From the NCBI RefSeq assembly GCF_030028105.1, contig NC_092375.1, forward strand, positions 141,759,035 through 141,823,034: a stretch of 64,000 nt of DNA, read 5' to 3'. The position numbers were made by a program, and so were the translations under genes. A model generated the notes under the pieces. It worked only from the letters and a program-made list of their open reading frames with translations, was not told the DNA's origin and searched no databases. How positions within the stretch are numbered: position 1 is the stretch's first letter; every line of letters begins with the position of its first letter. Shown here one piece after another: positions 61,100 through 64,000 of this stretch. Origin of the DNA: Mobula birostris (taxonomy: Eukaryota).

Positions 61100-63400
61100 T
61101 GCTCCCTGCTTCCCTTCCCCCGATCCCTGCCTCCACCCTTCCCCTGATCCCTGCCTCCACCCTCCCCTGATCCCTGCCTCCACCCTCCCCTGATCCCTGC
61201 CTCCACCCTCCCCTGATCCCTGCCACCTTCCCCTGATCCCTGCCTCCACCTTCCCCTGATCCCTGCCTCCACCTTCCCCTGATCCCTGCCTCCACCTTCC
61301 CCTGATCCCTGCCTCTACCCTCCCCGATCCCTGCCTCTACCCTCCCCTGATCCCTGCCTCCACCCTCCCCGATCCCTGCTTCCCTTCGCCGATCCCTGCC
61401 TCCCCTCCCCTGATCCCTGCCTCCCCTCCCCTGATCCCTGCCTCCCCTCCCCTGATCCCTGCCTCCACCCTCCCCTGATCCCTGCCTCCACCCTCCCCTG
61501 ATCCCTGCCTCCACCCTCCCCTGATCCCTGCCTCCACCCCCCGATCCCTGCCTCCACCCCCCGATCCCTGCCTCCACCCCCCGATCCCTGCCTCCGCCCT
61601 CCCCTGATCCCTGCCTCCACCCTCCCCTGATCCCTGCCTCCACCCCCCTGATCCCTGCCTCCACCCCCCTGATCCCTGCCTCCACCCTTCCCGATCCCTG
61701 CCTCCACCCTTCCCGATCCCTGCCTCCACCCTTCCCGATCCCTGCCTCCATCCCCCCGATCCCTGTCTCCACCCCCCCGATCCCTGTCTCCACCCCCCCG
61801 ATCACTGCCTCCACCCCCCTGATCACTGCCTCCACCCTCCTGATCCCTGCCTCCACCCTCTCCTGATCCCTGCCTCCACCCCCCCGATCCCTACCTCCAC
61901 CCTCCCCGATCCCTGCTTCCCTTCGCCGAACCCTGCTTCCCCTCCCCTGATCCCTGTGTCCACCCTCCCCCCGTTCCATGCTTTCCCTCCCCCAATCCCT
62001 GCTTCCACCCTCCCCGTTCCCTGCCTCCACCCTCCCTGTTCCCTGCCTCCACCCTCCCCGTTCCCTGCCTCCACCCTCCCCGTTTCCTGCCTCCACCCTC
62101 CCTGTTTCCTGCCTCCACCCTCCCCGTTTCCTGCCTCCACCCTCCCCGATCCCTGCCTCCACCCTCCCCGATCCCTGCCTCCACCCTCCCCGATCCCTGC
62201 CTCCACCCTCCCTGATCCCTGCCTCCACCCTCCCTGATCCCTGCCTCCACCCTCCCCTGATCCCTGCCTCCACCCCCCTGATCTCTGCCTCCACCCTCCC
62301 CGATGTCTGCTTCCCTTCGCCGATCCCTGCTTCCCCTCCCCGATCCCTGCTTCCACCCTCTGCTGATCCCTGCCTCAACCCTCCCCTGATCCCTGCGTCC
62401 ACCCTCCCCCCCATTCCCTGCTTTCCCACCTCCCGATCCCTGCCTCCACCCTCCCCGTTCCCTGCCTCCACCCTCCCCGTTCCCTGCCTCCACCCTCCCC
62501 GTTCCCTGCCTCCACCCTCCCCGTTCCCTGCCTCCACCCTCCCCCGTCCCCTGCCTCCACCCTCCCCCGTTTCCTGCCTCCACCCTCCCCCGTTTCCTGC
62601 CTCCACCCTCCCCTGATCCCGCTTCCACCCCCCTGATCCCGCCTCCACCCCCCTGATCCCTGCCTCCACCCTCCCCGATCCCTGCCTCCATCCTCCCCGA
62701 TCCCTGCTTTCCATCCTCCCCGATCCCTGCTTTCCTTCGCCGATCCCTGCTTCCCCTCCTTTGATCTCTGCCTCCACCCTCCCCTGATCCCTGCCTCCAC
62801 CCTCCCCTGATCCCTGCCTCCACCCTCCCCTGATCCCTGCCTCCACCCTCCCCTGATCCTTGCCTCCACACCCCCGATCCCTGCCTCCACCCCCCCGATC
62901 CCTGCCTCCACCCCCCCGATCCCTGCCTCCACCCTCCCCGATCCCTGCCTCCACCCTCCCCGATCCCTGCCTCCATCCCCCCGATCCCTGCCTCCACCCC
63001 CCCGATCCCTGCCTCCACCCCCCCGATCCCTGCCTCCACCCCCCCGATCCCTGCCTCCATCCCCCCGATCCCTGCCTCCATCCCCCCGATCCCTGCCTCC
63101 ACCCTCTCCCGTTCCCTGCCTCCACCCTCTCCCGTTTCCTGCCTCCACCCTCTCCCGTTTCCTGCCTCCACCATCCCTGATCCCTGCCTCCACCATCCCC
63201 GATCCCTGCCTCCACCTTCCCCGATCCCTGCCTCCACCCTCCCCGATCTCTGCCTCCACCCTCCCCGATCCCTGCCTCCACCCTTCCCCGTTCCCTGCCT
63301 CCACCCTCCCCCGTTTCCTGCCTCCACCCTCTCCCGATCCCTGTCTCCACCCTCCCCCATTCCTTGCCTCCCCTCCCCCCTGTTCCCTGCCTCTCCGCTC
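61100..63400. repeat. C-rich minisatellite, ~21-23 bp unit GATCCCTGCCTCCACCCTCCCC(T), roughly 100 copies
   Basis: Directly visible tandem array with variant units (gttccc, gtttcc, cttcccttcgcc). Confidence 0.98.
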
Positions 63401-64000
63401 CCCACCATGCCTGGCCCCCCCACCCCTTCTCATCCGCACCTGGTTTCCCCTCGTCACCTGGTCGCTACCTCTCTTCTCACTCACTCTTTGCCCTTTCCTC
63501 AGGGATTGCTCCTTTAATTGTTAATATCCACACTTTTCTTAAGATATCATCATGTACACAAATGTGCAAAAATATCAAGTAAGTAGATAATTTGTTTTGC
63601 ATTTTACTTGGAGTGCATTAATAAGTGTACCTCATAGAGGTCTAATGATACTTGTAAGCACTCATTTGACCCATCCTTTGAGTTGCTTATCCACTGAAGT
63701 TTTGCATAACTGTAATAAATTTTTATGTTAATGAATAGATGATGTAAACAGTTTTAATGCAAATGTAAAAATAGAACAATATAGCTTGCTGCTTTTCAAA
63801 ATTCATAGTTGGAACATAAAGCCCAGTTCAAAGTAATTGATCATTCTCAACGGATATGCTTCTCTATTGTAATTATTCAGTGTAAAATATGTCCAAAGTC
63901 ATTGCTAACTATAACAATAAGCATCAAGATTCATAGCCCAGCAAATTGCTACCTTTAGTTTATATCATTGGCTTTATTTGCTTGATTTCAGATTTTGTTT

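Noticed and set aside
61100-63400. CRISPR-like array
   Set aside because: Contiguous tandem units with no unique spacers, no cas genes, and a vertebrate intron context.
60996-63484. Long Gly/Arg- and Pro-rich ORFs (784, 510, 369, 212 aa)
   Set aside because: They are translations of a stop-poor minisatellite, open in several frames on both strands and with frame-shifting unit lengths.

Overview
This is a 64 kb intron-rich eukaryotic segment. It is vertebrate, most likely a cartilaginous fish (ray/shark), inferred from the repeat families (HE1/V-SINE, esterase-ORF1 CR1, Rex1/Babar, Penelope). It holds eight consecutive + strand coding exons of VPS8 (CORVET subunit): 729 nt / 243 codons with consistent phases and GT-AG sites. 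The gene starts and ends outside the window. The introns are dominated by mostly decayed transposable elements. These include many Rex1/Babar-like and CR1 LINEs, a fragmented L1, Tc1, hAT-Charlie and Tigger-like DNA transposons, two solo LTRs, Penelope remnants (one palindromic, with degenerate hammerhead cores), SINEs and a 2.3 kb C-rich minisatellite. Nearly all ORFs in the supplied track are TE-derived or spurious. I see no convincing novel protein-coding system. The best leads are an 11.8 kb multi-level TE nest, a twin-priming-like inversion in a non-L1 LINE, the hammerhead-bearing Penelope palindrome, an unknown element found twice inside one MITE family, and an unexplained retroviral-like fragment. 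TE family names come from motif recall, not database searches. TE boundaries without a stated TSD/TIR are approximate.
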